Positions 1 to 15,000 of a DNA stretch of 64,000 bases are shown piece by piece. The stretch lies in the NCBI GenBank assembly GCA_964016885.1, contig OZ024752.1:22196001-22260000 (forward strand), in the 5' to 3' direction. This stretch comes from Eledone cirrhosa. Taxonomy: Eukaryota. Made by a program: the position numbers and the translations under genes. The number at the start of each line of letters is the position of its first letter. Position 1 is the first letter of the stretch. Below the pieces are notes generated by a model that did not search any database, was not told the origin of the DNA, and saw only the letters and a program-made list of their open reading frames with translations.

Positions 1-3000
1 CCAAAAACAGTGGACAGAAGGTACAGTGTGGTGGTGAACTACCAAAAACAGTGGACAGAAGGTAGAGTGTGGTGGTGAACTACCAAAAACAGTGGACAGA
101 AGGTAGAGTGTGGTGGTGATCTACCAAAAACAGTGGACAGAAGGTAGAGTGTGGTGGTGAACTACCAAAAACAGTGGACAGAAGGTAGAGTGTGGTGGTG
201 AACTACCAAAAACAGTGAACAGAAGGTAGAGTGTGGTGGTGAACTACCAAAAACAGTGGACAGAAGGTAGAGTGTGGTGGTGAACTACCAAAAACAGTGG
301 ACAGAAGGTAGAGGGTGGTGGTGAACTACCAAAAACAGTGGACAGAAGGCAGAGGGTGGTGGTGAACTACCAAAAACAGTGGACAGAAGGCAGAGGGTGG
401 TGATGAACTACCAAAAACACTGGACAGAAGGTAGAGAGTGGTGGTGAACTACCAAAAACAGTGAACAGAAGGTAGAGTGTGGTGGTGAACTACCAAAAAC
501 AGTGGACAGAAGGTAGAGGGTGGTGGTGAACTACCAAAAACAGTGAACAGAAGGTAGAGTGTGGTGGTGAAGTACCAAAAACAGTGGACAGAAGGTAGAA
601 GGTGGTGGTGAACTACCAAAAACAGTGGACAGAAGGTAGAGGGTGGTGGTGAACTACCAAAAACAGTGGACAGAAGGTAGAGTGTGGTGGTGAACTACCA
701 AAAACAGTGGACAGAAGGTAGAGTGTGGTGGTGAACTACCAAAAACAGTGAACAGAAGGTAGAGTGTGGTGGTGAACTACCAAAAACAGTGGACAGAAGG
801 TAGAGGGTGGTGGTGAACTACCAAAAACAGTGGACAGAAGGCAGAGGGTGGTGGTGAACTACCAAAAACAGTGGACAGAAGGCAGAGGGTGGTGATGAAC
901 TACCAAAAACACTGGACAGAAGGTAGAGAGTGGTGGTGAACTACCAAAAACAGTGGACAGAAGGTAGAGTGTGGTGGTAAACTACCAAAAACTGGACAGA
1001 AGGTAGAGGGTGGTGGTGAACTACCAAAAACAGTGTACAGAAGGCAGAGGGTGGTGGTGAACTACCAAAAACAGTGGACAGAAGGCAGAGGGTGGTGGTC
1101 AACTACCAAAAACAGTGGACAGAAGACAGAGGGTGGTGGTGAACTACCAAAAACAGTGGACAGAAGGCAGAGGGTGTTGGTGAACTACCAAAAACAGTGG
1201 ACAGAAAGTAGAGGGTGGTGGTGAACTACCAAAAACAGTGTACAGAAGGCAGAGGGTGGTGGTGAACTACCAAAAACAGTGTACAGAAGGCAGAGGGTGG
1301 TGGTGAACTACCAAAAACTGTGGACAGAAGGCAGAGGGTGGTGGTGAACTACCAAAAACTGGACAGAAGGTAAAGTGTGGTGGTGAACTACCAAAAACAC
1401 TGGACAGAAGGCAGAGGGTGATGGTGAACTACCAAAAACAGTGGACAGAAGGCAGAGTGTGGTGGTGAAGTACCAATAACAGTGGACAGAAGACAGAGGG
1501 TGGTGGTGAACTACCAAAACCAGTGGACAGAAGGTAGAGGGTGGTGGTTAACTACCAAAAGCTGGACAGAAGGTAGAGGGTGGTGGTGAACTACCAAAAA
1601 CAGTGTACAGAAGGCAGAGTGTGGTGGTGAAGTACCAAAAACAGTGGACAGAAGGTAGAGGGTGGTGGTGAACTACCAAAAACAGTGGACAGAAGGCAGA
1701 GGGTGGTGGTGAACTACCAAAAACAGTGGACAGAAGACAGAGGGTGGTGGTGAACTACCAAAAACAGTGAACAGAAGGTAGAGGGTGGTGGTGAACTACC
1801 AAAAACTGGACAGAAGGCAGAGGGTGATGGTGAACTACCAAAAACAGTGGACAGAAGACAGAGGGTGGTGGTGAACTACCAAAAACAGTGGACAGAAGGC
1901 AGAGGGTGGTGGTGAACTACCAAAAACAGTGGACAGAAGACAGAGGGTGGTGGTGAACTACCAAAAACAGTGAACAGAAGGTAGAGGGTGGTGGTGAACT
2001 ACCAAAAACAGTGGACAGAAGGTAGAGTGTGGTGGTGAACTACCAAAAACACTGGACAGAAGGTAGAGGGTGGTGGTGAACTACCAAAAACAGTGAACAG
2101 AAGGTAGAGGGTGGTGGTGAACTACCAAAAACAGTGGACAGAAGGTAGAGGGTGGTGGTGAACTACCAAAAACAGTGGACAGAAGGCAGAGTGTGGTGGT
2201 GAAATACCAATAACAGTGGACAGAAGACAGAGGGTGGTGGTGAACTACCAAAAACAGTGGACAGAAGGTAGAGGGTGGTGGTGAACTACCAAAACCAGTG
2301 GACAGAAGGTAGAGGGTGGTGGTGAACTACCAAAAACTGGACAGAAGGTAGAGGGTGGTGGTGAACTACCAAAAACAGTGGACAGAAGGCAGAGTGTGGT
2401 GGTGAAGTACCAAAAACAGTGGACAGAAGGTAGAGGGTGGTGGTGAACTACCAAAAACAGTGGACAGAAGACAGAGGGTGGTGGTGAAGTACCAAAAACA
2501 GTGGACAGAAGGTAGAGGGTGGTGGTGAAGTACCAAAAACTGGACAGAAGGTAGAGGGTGGTGGTGAACTACCAAAAACAGTGGACAGAAGGTAGAGGGT
2601 GGTGGTGAACTACCAAAAACAGTGGACAGAAGGTAGAGGGTGGTGGTGAACTACCAAAAACAGTGGACAGAAGGTAGAGGGTGGTGGTGAACTACCAAAA
2701 ACTGGACAGAAGGCAGAGTGTGGTGGTGAAGTACCAAAAACAGTGAACAGAAGGTAGAGTGTGGTGGTGAACTACCAAAAACAGTGGACAGAAGGTAGAG
2801 GGTGGTGGTGAACTACCAAAAACAGTGAACAGAAGGTAGAGTGTGGTGGTGAAGTACCAAAAACAGTGGACAGAAGACAGAGGGTGGTGGTGAACTACCA
2901 AAAACAGTGGACAGAAGGTACAGTGTGGTGGTGAACTACCAAAAACAGTGGACAGAAGGTAGAGTGTGGTGGTGATCTACCAAAAACAGTGGACAGAAGG

Positions 3001-6000
3001 TAGAGTGTGGTGGTGATCTACCAAAAACAGTGGACAGAAGGTAGAGTGTGGTGGTGAACTACCAAAAACAGTGGACAGAAGGTAGAGTGTGGTGGTGAAC
3101 TACCAAAAACAGTGAACAGAAGGTAGAGTGTGGTGGTGAACTACCAAAAACAGTGGACAGAAGGTAGAGTGTGGTGGTGAACTACCAAAAACAGTGGACA
3201 GAAGGTAGAGGGTGGTGGTGAACTACCAAAAACAGTGGACAGAAGGCAGAGGGTGGTGGTGAACTACCAAAAACAGTGGACAGAAGGCAGAGGGTGGTGA
3301 TGAACTACCAAAAACACTGGACAGAAGGTAGAGAGTGGTGGTGAACTACCAAAAACAGTGAACAGAAGGTAGAGTGTGGTGGTGAACTACCAAAAACAGT
3401 GGACAGAAGGTAGAGGGTGGTGGTGAACTACCAAAAACAGTGAACAGAAGGTAGAGTGTGGTGGTGAAGTACCAAAAACAGTGGACAGAAGGTAGAAGGT
3501 GGTGGTGAACTACCAAAAACAGTGGACAGAAGGTAGAGGGTGGTGGTGAACTACCAAAAACAGTGGACAGAAGGTAGAGTGTGGTGGTGAACTACCAAAA
3601 ACAGTGGACAGAAGGTAGAGTGTGGTGGTGAACTACCAAAAACAGTGAACAGAAGGTAGAGTGTGGTGGTGAACTACCAAAAACAGTGGACAGAAGGTAG
3701 AGGGTGGTGGTGAACTACCAAAAACAGTGGACAGAAGGCAGAGGGTGGTGGTGAACTACCAAAAACAGTGGACAGAAGGCAGAGGGTGGTGATGAACTAC
3801 CAAAAACACTGGACAGAAGGTAGAGAGTGGTGGTGAACTACCAAAAACAGTGGACAGAAGGTAGAGTGTGGTGGTAAACTACCAAAAACTGGACAGAAGG
3901 TAGAGGGTGGTGGTGAACTACCAAAAACAGTGTACAGAAGGCAGAGGGTGGTGGTGAACTACCAAAAACAGTGGACAGAAGGCAGAGGGTGGTGGTCAAC
4001 TACCAAAAACAGTGGACAGAAGACAGAGGGTGGTGGTGAACTACCAAAAACAGTGGACAGAAGGCAGAGGGTGTTGGTGAACTACCAAAAACAGTGGACA
4101 GAAAGTAGAGGGTGGTGGTGAACTACCAAAAACAGTGTACAGAAGGCAGAGGGTGGTGGTGAACTACCAAAAACAGTGTACAGAAGGCAGAGGGTGGTGG
4201 TGAACTACCAAAAACTGTGGACAGAAGGCAGAGGGTGGTGGTGAACTACCAAAAACTGGACAGAAGGTAAAGTGTGGTGGTGAACTACCAAAAACACTGG
4301 ACAGAAGGCAGAGGGTGATGGTGAACTACCAAAAACAGTGGACAGAAGGCAGAGTGTGGTGGTGAAGTACCAATAACAGTGGACAGAAGACAGAGGGTGG
4401 TGGTGAACTACCAAAACCAGTGGACAGAAGGTAGAGGGTGGTGGTTAACTACCAAAAGCTGGACAGAAGGTAGAGGGTGGTGGTGAACTACCAAAAACAG
4501 TGTACAGAAGGCAGAGTGTGGTGGTGAAGTACCAAAAACAGTGGACAGAAGGTAGAGGGTGGTGGTGAACTACCAAAAACAGTGGACAGAAGGCAGAGGG
4601 TGGTGGTGAACTACCAAAAACAGTGGACAGAAGACAGAGGGTGGTGGTGAACTACCAAAAACAGTGAACAGAAGGTAGAGGGTGGTGGTGAACTACCAAA
4701 AACTGGACAGAAGGCAGAGGGTGATGGTGAACTACCAAAAAAAGTGGACAGAAGACAGAGGGTGGTGGTGAACTACCAAAAACAGTGGACAGAAGGCAGA
4801 GGGTGGTGGTGAACTACCAAAAACAGTGGACAGAAGACAGAGGGTGGTGGTGAACTACCAAAAACAGTGAACAGAAGGTAGAGGGTGGTGGTGAACTACC
4901 AAAAACAGTGGACAGAAGGTAGAGTGTGGTGGTGAACTACCAAAAACACTGGACAGAAGGTAGAGGGTGGTGGTGAACTACCAAAAACAGTGGACAGAAG
5001 GCAGAGTGTGGTGGTGAAATACCAATAACAGTGGACAGAAGACAGAGGGTGGTGGTGAACTACCAAAAACAGTGGACAGAAGGTAGAGGGTGGTGGTGAA
5101 CTACCAAAACCAGTGGACAGAAGGTAGAGGGTGGTGGTGAACTACCAAAAACTGGACAGAAGGTAGAGGGTGGTGGTGAACTACCAAAAACAGTGGACAG
5201 AAGGCAGAGTGTGGTGGTGAAGTACCAAAAACAGTGGACAGAAGGTAGAGGGTGGTGGTGAACTACCAAAAACAGTGGACAGAAGACAGAGGGTGGTGGT
5301 GAAGTACCAAAAACAGTGGACAGAAGGTAGAGGGTGGTGGTGAAGTACCAAAAACTGGACAGAAGGTAGAGGGTGGTGGTGAACTACCAAAAACAGTGGA
5401 CAGAAGGTAGAGGGTGGTGGTGAACTACCAAAAACAGTGGACAGAAGGTAGAGGGTGGTGGTGAACTACCAAAAACAGTGGACAGAAGGTAGAGGGTGGT
5501 GGTGAACTACCAAAAACTGGACAGAAGGCAGAGTGTGGTGGTGAAGTACCAAAAACAGTGGACAGAAGGTAGAGGGTGGTGGTGAACTACCAAAAACAGT
5601 GGACAGAAGGCAGAGGGTGGTGGTGAACTACCAAAAACAGTGGACAGAAGACAGAGGGTGGTGGTGAACTACCAAAAACAGTGGACAGAAGACAGAGGGT
5701 GGTGGTGAACTACCAAAAACAGTGGACAGAAGGTACAGTGTGGTGGTGAACTACCAAAAACAGTGGACAGAAGGTAGAGTGTGGTGGTGATCTACCAAAA
5801 ACAGTGGACAGAAGGCAGAGGGTGGTGGTGAACTACCAAAAACAGTGGACAGAAGGCAATGGGTGGTGGTGAACTACCAAAAACAGTGGACAGAAGGTAC
5901 AGTGTGGTGGTGAACTAACAAAAACAGTGGACAGAAGGTAGAGTGTGGTGGTGAACTACCAAAAACACTGGACAGAAGGTAGAGGGTGGTGGTGAACTAC

Positions 6001-9000
6001 CAAAAACAGTGGACAGAAGGCAGAGTGTGGTGGTGAAGTACCAATAACAGTGGACAGAAGACAGAGGGTGGTGGTGAACTACCAAAAACAGTGGACAGAA
6101 GACAGAGGGTGGTGGTGAACTAACAAAAACAGTGGACAGAAGGTAGAGGGTGGTGGTGAAGTACCAATAACAGTGGACAGAAGACAGAGGGTGGTGGTGA
6201 ACTAACAAAAACAGTGGACAGAAGGTAGAGGGTGGTGGTGAAGTACCAATAACAGTGGACAGAAGACAGAGTGTGGTGGTGAACTACCAAAACCAGTGGA
6301 CAGAAGGTAGAGGGTGGTGGTTAACTACCAAAAACTGGACAGAAGGTAGAGGGTGGTGGTGAACTACCAAAAACAGTGTACAGAAGGCAGAGTGTGGTGG
6401 TGAAGTACCAAAAACAGTGGACAGAAGGTAGAGGGTGGTGGTGAACTACCAAAAACAGTGGACAGAAGGCAGAGGGTGGTGGTGAACTACCAAAAACAGT
6501 GGACAGAAGGTAGAGTGTGGTGGTGAACTACCAAAAACACTGAACAGAAGGTAGAGGGTGGTGGTGAACTACCAAAAACAGTGGACAGAAGGCAGAGGGT
6601 GATGGTGAACTACCAAAAACAGTGGACAGAAGGTAGAGGGTGGTGGTGAACTACCAAAAACAGTGGACAGAAGGTAGAGTGTGGTGGTGAACTAACAAAA
6701 ACAGTCGACAGAAGGTAGAGTGTGGTGGTGAACTACCAAAAACACTGGACAGAAGGTAGATGGTGGTGGTGAACTACCAAAAACAGTGGACAGAAGGCAG
6801 AGGGTGGTGGTGAACTACCAAAAACAGTGGACAGAAGGCAGAGGGTGGTGGTGAACTACCAAAAACAGTGGACAGAAGGCAATGGGTGGTGGTGAACTAC
6901 CAAAAACAGTGGACAGAAGGTAGAGGGTGGTGGTGAACTACCAAAAACAGTGGACAGAAGGTAGAGGGTGGTGGTGAACTACCAAAAACAGTGGACAGAA
7001 GGTAGAGGGTGGTGGTGAACTACCAAAAACAGTGGACAGAAGGCAGAGTGTGGTGGTGAAGTACCAAAAACAGTGGACAGAAGGTAGAGGGTGGTGGTGA
7101 ACTACCAAAAACAGTGGACAGAAGGTAGAGGGTGGTGGTGAACTACCAAAAACAGTGGACAGAAGGCAGAGGGTGGTGGTGAACTACCAAAAACAGTGGA
7201 CAGAAGACAGAGGGTGGTGGTGAACTACCAAAAACAGTGGACAGAAGGTAGAGTGTGGTGGTGATCTACCAAAAACAGTGGACAGAAGGCAGAGGGTGGT
7301 GGTGAACTACCAAAAACAGTGGACAGAAGTCAATGGGTGGTGGTGAACTACCAAAAACAGTGGACAGAAGGTACAGTGTGGTGGTGAACTACCAAAAACA
7401 GTGGACAGAAGGTAGAGTGTGGTGGTGATCTACCAAAAACAGTGGACAGAAGACAGAGAGTGGTGGTGAACTACCAAAAACAGTGGACAGAAGGTAGAGT
7501 GTGGTGGTGAACTACCAAAAACAGTGGACAGAAGACAGAGAGTGGTGGTGAACTACCAAAAACAGTGGACAGAAGGTAGAGGGTGGTGGTGAACTACCAA
7601 AAACAGTGGACAGAAGACAGAGAGTGGTGGTGAACTACCAAAAACAGTGGACAGAAGGTAGAGGGTGGTGGTGAACTACCAAAAACAGTGGACAGAAGAC
7701 AGAGAGTGGTGGTGAACTACCAAAAACAGTGGACAGAAGGTAGAGTGTGGTGGTGAACTACCAAAAACAGTGGACAGAAGGCAGAGGGTGGTGGTGAACT
7801 ACCAAAAACAGTGGACAGCAGTCAATGGGTGGTGGTGAACTACCAAAAACAGTGGACAGAAGGTACAGTGTGGTGGTGAACTACCAAAAACAGTGGACAG
7901 AAGGTAGAGTGTGGTGGTGAACTACCAAAAACAGTGGACAGAAGGTAGAGTGTGGTGGTGATCTACCAAAAACAGTGGACAGAAGGTAGAGTGTGGTGGT
8001 GAACTACCAAAAACAGTGGACAGAAGGTAGAGTGTGGTGGTGAACTACCAAAAACAGTGAACAGAAGGTAGAGTGTGGTGGTGAACTACCAAAAACAGTG
8101 GACAGAAGGTAGAGTGTGGTGGTGAACTACCAAAAACAGTGGACAGAAGGTAGAGGGTGGTGGTGAACTACCAAAAACAGTGGACAGAAGGCAGAGGGTG
8201 GTGGTGAACTACCAAAAACAGTGGACAGAAGGCAGAGGGTGGTGATGAACTACCAAAAACACTGGACAGAAGGTAGAGAGTGGTGGTGAACTACCAAAAA
8301 CAGTGGACAGAAGGTAGAGGGTGGTGGTGAAGTACCAAAAACAGTGGACAGAAGGTAGAGTGTGGTGGTGAACTACCAAAAACACTGGACAGAAGGTAGA
8401 GTGTGGTGGTGAACTACCAAAAACAGTGGACAGAAGGTAGAGGGTGGTGGTGAACTACCAAAAACAGTGAACAGAAGGTAGAGTGTGGTGGTGAAGTACC
8501 AAAAACAGTGGACAGAAGGTAGAAGGTGGTGGTGAACTACCAAAAACAGTGGACAGAAGGTAGAGGGTGGTGGTGAACTACCAAAAACAGTGGACAGAAG
8601 GTAGAGTGTGGTGGTGAACTACCAAAAACAGTGGACAGAAGGTAGAGTGTGGTGGTGAACTACCAAAAACAGTGAACAGAAGGTAGAGTGTGGTGGTGAA
8701 CTACCAAAAACAGTGGACAGAAGGTAGAGGGTGGTGGTGAACTACCAAAAACAGTGGACAGAAGGCAGAGGGTGGTGGTGAACTACCAAAAACAGTGGAC
8801 AGAAGGCAGAGGGTGGTGATGAACTACCAAAAACACTGGACAGAAGGTAGAGAGTGGTGGTGAACTACCAAAAACAGTGGACAGAAGGTAGAGTGTGGTG
8901 GTAAACTACCAAAAACTGGACAGAAGGTAGAGGGTGGTGGTGAACTACCAAAAACAGTGTACAGAAGGCAGAGGGTGGTGGTGAACTACCAAAAACAGTG

Positions 9001-12000
9001 GACAGAAGGCAGAGGGTGGTGGTCAACTACCAAAAACAGTGGACAGAAGACAGAGGGTGGTGGTGAACTACCAAAAACAGTGGACAGAAGGCAGAGGGTG
9101 TTGGTGAACTACCAAAAACAGTGGACAGAAAGTAGAGGGTGGTGGTGAACTACCAAAAACAGTGTACAGAAGGCAGAGGGTGGTGGTGAACTACCAAAAA
9201 CAGTGTACAGAAGGCAGAGGGTGGTGGTGAACTACCAAAAACTGTGGACAGAAGGCAGAGGGTGGTGGTGAACTACCAAAAACTGGACAGAAGGTAAAGT
9301 GTGGTGGTGAACTACCAAAAACAGTGGACAGAAGGCAGAGGGTGATGGTGAACTACCAAAAACAGTGGACAGAAGGCAGAGTGTGGTGGTGAAGTACCAA
9401 TAACAGTGGACAGAAGACAGAGGGTGGTGGTGAACTACCAAAACCAGTGGACAGAAGGTAGAGGGTGGTGGTTAACTACCAAAAGCTGGACAGAAGGTAG
9501 AGGGTGGTGGTGAACTACCAAAAACAGTGTACAGAAGGCAGAGTGTGGTGGTGAAGTACCAAAAACAGTGGACAGAAGGTAGAGGGTGGTGGTGAACTAC
9601 CAAAAACAGTGGACAGAAGGCAGAGGGTGGTGGTGAACTACCAAAAACAGTGGACAGAAGACAGAGGGTGGTGGTGAACTACCAAAAACAGTGAACAGAA
9701 GGTAGAGGGTGGTGGTGAACTACCAAAAACTGGACAGAAGGCAGAGGGTGATGGTGAACTACCAAAAACAGTGGACAGAAGACAGAGGGTGGTGGTGAAC
9801 TACCAAAAACAGTGGACAGAAGGCAGAGGGTGGTGGTGAACTACCAAAAACAGTGGACAGAAGACAGAGGGTGGTGGTGAACTACCAAAAACAGTGAACA
9901 GAAGGTAGAGGGTGGTGGTGAACTACCAAAAACAGTGGACAGAAGGTAGAGTGTGGTGGTGAACTACCAAAAACACTGGACAGAAGGTAGAGGGTGGTGG
10001 TGAACTACCAAAAACAGTGGACAGAAGGCAGAGTGTGGTGGTGAAATACCAATAACAGTGGACAGAAGACAGAGGGTGGTGGTGAACTACCAAAAACAGT
10101 GGACAGAAGGTAGAGGGTGGTGGTGAACTACCAAAACCAGTGAACAGAAGGTAGAGGGTGGTGGTGAACTACCAAAAACAGTGGACAGAAGGTAGAGTGT
10201 GGTGGTGAACTACCAAAAACACTGGACAGAAGGTAGAGGGTGGTGGTGAACTACCAAAAACAGTGGACAGAAGGCAGAGTGTGGTGGTGAAATACCAATA
10301 ACAGTGGACAGAAGACAGAGGGTGGTGGTGAACTACCAAAAACAGTGGACAGAAGGTAGAGGGTGGTGGAGAACTACCAAAAACAGTGGACAGAAGGTAG
10401 AGGGTGGTGGTGAACTACCAAAAACTGGACAGAAGGTAGAGGGTGGTGGTGAACTACCAAAAACAGTGGACAGAAGGCAGAGTGTGGTGGTGAAGTACCA
10501 AAAACAGTGGACAGAAGGTAGAGGGTGGTGGTGAACTACCAAAAACAGTGGACAGAAGACAGAGGGTGGTGGTGAAGTACCAAAAACAGTGGACAGAAGG
10601 TAGAGGGTGGTGGTGAAGTACCAAAAACTGGACAGAAGGTAGAGGGTGGTGGTGAACTACCAAAAACAGTGGACAGAAGGTAGAGGGTGGTGGTGAACTA
10701 CCAAAAACAGTGGACAGAAGGTAGAGGGTGGTGGTGAACTACCAAAAACAGTGGACAGAAGGTAGAGGGTGGTGGTGAACTACCAAAAACTGGACAGAAG
10801 GCAGAGTGTGGTGGTGAAGTACCAAAAACAGTGGACAGAAGGTAGAGGGTGGTGGTGAACTACCAAAAACAGTGGACAGAAGGCAGAGGGTGGTGGTGAA
10901 CTACCAAAAACAGTGGACAGAAGACAGAGGGTGGTGGTGAACTACCAAAAACAGTGGACAGAAGACAGAGGGTGGTGGTGAACTACCAAAAACAGTGGAC
11001 AGAAGGTACAGTGTGGTGGTGAACTACCAAAAACAGTGGACAGAAGGTAGAGTGTGGTGGTGATCTACCAAAAACAGTGGACAGAAGGCAGAGGGTGGTG
11101 GTGAACTACCAAAAACAGTGGACAGAAGGCAATGGGTGGTGGTGAACTACCAAAAACAGTGGACAGAAGGTACAGTGTGGTGGTGAACTAACAAAAACAG
11201 TGGACAGAAGGTAGAGTGTGGTGGTGAACTACCAAAAACACTGGACAGAAGGTAGAGGGTGGTGGTGAACTACCAAAAACAGTGGACAGAAGGCAGAGTG
11301 TGGTGGTGAAGTACCAATAACAGTGGACAGAAGACAGAGGGTGGTGGTGAACTACCAAAAACAGTGGACAGAAGACAGAGGGTGGTGGTGAACTAACAAA
11401 AACAGTGGACAGAAGGTAGAGGGTGGTGGTGAAGTACCAATAACAGTGGACAGAAGACAGAGGGTGGTGGTGAACTAACAAAAACAGTGGACAGAAGGTA
11501 GAGGGTGGTGGTGAAGTACCAATAACAGTGGACAGAAGACAGAGTGTGGTGGTGAACTACCAAAACCAGTGGACAGAAGGTAGAGGGTGGTGGTTAACTA
11601 CCAAAAACTGGACAGAAGGTAGTGGGTGGTGGTGAACTACCAAAAACAGTGGACAGAAGGCAGAGTGTGGTGGTGAAGTACCAAAAACAGTGGACAGAAG
11701 GTAGAGGGTGGTGGTGAACTACCAAAAACAGTGGACAGAAGGCAGAGGGTGGTGGTGAACTACCAAAAACAGTGGACAGAAGGTAGAGTGTGGTGGTGAA
11801 CTACCAAAAACACTGAACAGAAGGTAGAGGGTGGTGGTGAACTACCAAAAACAGTGGACAGAAGGCAGAGGGTGATGGTGAACTACCAAAAACAGTGGAC
11901 AGAAGGTAGAGGGTGGTGGTGAACTACCAAAAACAGTGGACAGAAGGTAGAGTGTGGTGGTGAACTAACAAAAACAGTCGACAGAAGGTAGAGTGTGGTG

Positions 12001-15000
12001 GTGAACTACCAAAAACACTGGACAGAAGGTAGATGGTGGTGGTGAACTACCAAAAACAGTGGACAGAAGGCAGAGGGTGATGGTGAACTACCAAAAACAG
12101 TGGACAGAAGGCAGAGGGTGATGGTGAACTACCAAAAACAGTGGACAGAAGGTAGAGGGTGGTGGTGAACTACCAAAAACAGTGGACAGAAGGCAGAGGG
12201 TGATGGTGAACTACCAAAAACAGTGGACAGAAGGCAGAGGGTGATGGTGAACTACCAAAAACAGTGGACAGAAGGTAGAGGGTGGTGGTGAACTACCAAA
12301 AACAGTGGACAGAAGGCAGAGGGTGATGGTGAACTACCAAAAACAGTGGACAGAAGGCAGAGGGTGATGGTGAACTACCAAAAACAGTGGACAGAAGGCA
12401 GAGGGTGATGGTGAACTACCAAAAACAGTGGACAGAAGGTAGAGGGTGGTGGTGAACTACCAAAAACAGTGGACAGAAGGCAGAGGGTGATGGTGAACTA
12501 CCAAAAACAGTGGACAGAAGGCAGAGGGTGATGGTGAACTACCAAAAACAGTGGACAGAAGGTAGAGGGTGGTGGTGAACTACTAAAAACAGTGGTCAGA
12601 AGGCAGAGTGTGGTGGTGAAATACCAATAACAGTGGACAGAAGACAGAGGGTGGTGGTGAACTACCAAAACCAGTGGACAGAAGGTAGAGGGTGGTGGTG
12701 AACTACCAAAAACTGGACAGAAGGTAGAGGGTGGTGGTGAACTACCAAAAACAGTGGACAGAAGGCAGAGTGTGGTGGTGAAGTACCAAAAACAGTGGAC
12801 AGAAGGTAGAGGGTGGTGGTGAACTACCAAAAACAGTGGACAGAAGACAGAGGGTGGTGGTGAAGTACCAAAAACAGTGGACAGAAGGTAGAGGGTGGTG
12901 GTGAACTACCAAAAACAGTGGACAGAAGGCAGAGGGTGGTGGTGAAGTACCAAAAACAGTGGACAGGAGGTAGAGGGTGGTGGTGAACTACCAAAAACAG
13001 TGGACAGAAGGTAGAGGGTGGTGGTGAACTACCAAAAACAGTGGACAGAAGGTAGAGGGTGGTGGTGAACTACCAAAAACAGTGGACAGAAGGTAGAGGG
13101 TGGTGGTGAACTACCAAAAACACTGGACAGAAGGTAGAGGGTGGTGGTGAACTACCAAAAACAGTGGACAGAAGACAGAGGGTGGTGGTGAAGTACCAAA
13201 AACAGTGGACAGAAGGTAGAGGGTGGTGGTGAACTACCAAAAACAGTGGACAGAAGGTAGAGGGTGGTGGTGAACTACCAAAAACAGTGGACAGAAGGCA
13301 GAGGGTGGTGGTGAACTACCAAAAACAGTGGACAGAAGACAGAGGGTGGTGGTGAACTACCAAAAACACTGGACAGAAGGTAGAGGGTGGTGGTGAACTA
13401 CCAAAAACAGTGGACAGAAGGTAGAGGGTGGTGGTGAACTACCAAAAACAGTGGACAGAAGGTAGAGGGTGGTGGTGAACTACCAAAAACACTGGACAGA
13501 AGGTAGAGGGTGGTGGTGAACTACCAAAAACAGTGGACAGAAGGCAGAGTGTGGTGGTGAAGTACCAAAAACAGTGGACAGAAGGTAGAGGGTGGTGGTG
13601 AACTACCAAAAACAGTGGACAGAAGGCAGAGGGTGGTGGTGAACTACCAAAAACAGTGGACAGAAGACAGAGGGTGGTGGTGAACTACCAAAAACAGTGG
13701 ACAGAAGGTAGAGTGTGGTGGTGATCTACCAAAAACAGTGGACAGAAGGCAGAGGGTGGTGGTGAACTACCAAAAACAGTGGACAGAAGGTAGAGTGTGG
13801 TGGTGATCTACCAAAAACAGTGGACAGAAGACAGAGGGTGGTGGTGAACTACCAAAAACAGTGGACAGAAGGCAATGGGTGGTGGTGAACTACCAAAAAC
13901 AGTGGACAGAAGGTACAGTGTGGTGGTGAACTAACAAAGACAGTCGACAGAAGGTAGAGTGTGGTGGTGAACTACCAAAAACACTGGACAGAAGGTAGAG
14001 GGTGGTGGTGAAGTACCAAAAACAGTGGACAGAAGGTAGAGGGTGGTGGTGAACTACCAAAAACAGTGGACAGAAGGCAGAGTGTGGTGGTGAAGTACCA
14101 ATAACAGTGGACAGAAGACAGAGGGTGGTGGTGAACTACCAAAAACAGTGGACAGAAGGTAGAGGGTGGTGGTGAACTACCAAAAACAGTGGACAGAAGG
14201 TAGAGTGTGGTGGTGAACTACCAAAAACAGTGAACAGAAGGTAGAGGGTGGTGGTGAACTACCAAAAACAGTGGACAGAAGGTACAGTGTGGTGGTGAAC
14301 TAACAAAAACAGTCGACAGAAGGTAGAGTGTGGTGGTGAACTACCAAAAACAGTGGACAGAAGGTAGAGGGTGGTGGTAAACTACCAAAAACAGTGGACA
14401 GAAGGCAGAGTGTGGTGGTGAAATACCAATAATAGTGGACAGAAGACAGAGGGTGGTGGTGAACTACCAAAACCAGTGGACAGAAGGTAGAGGGTGGTGG
14501 TGAACTACCAAAAACTGGACAGAAGGTAGAGGGTGATGGTGAACTACCAAAAACAGTGGACAGAAGGCAGAGGGTGATGGTGAACTACCAAAAACAGTGG
14601 ACAGAAGGTAGAGGGTGGTGGTGAACTACCAAAAACAGTGGACAGAAGGTAGAATGTGGTGGTGAACTACCAAAAACAGTGAACAGAAGGTAGAGGGTGG
14701 TGGTGAACTACCAAAAACAGTGGACAGAAGGTAGAATGTGGTGGTGAACTACCAAAAACAGTGAACAGAAGGTAGAGGGTGATGGTGAACTACCAAAAAC
14801 ACTGAACAGAAGGTAGAGGGTGGTGGTGAACTACCAAAAACAGTGGACAGAAGGTAGAATGTGGTGGTGAACTAACAAAAACAGTCGACAGAAGGTAGAG
14901 TGTGGTGGTGAACTACCAAAAACAGTGGACAGAAGGCAGAGGGTGATGGTGAACTACCAAAAACACTGGACAGAAGGTAGAGGGTGGTGGTGAACTACCA

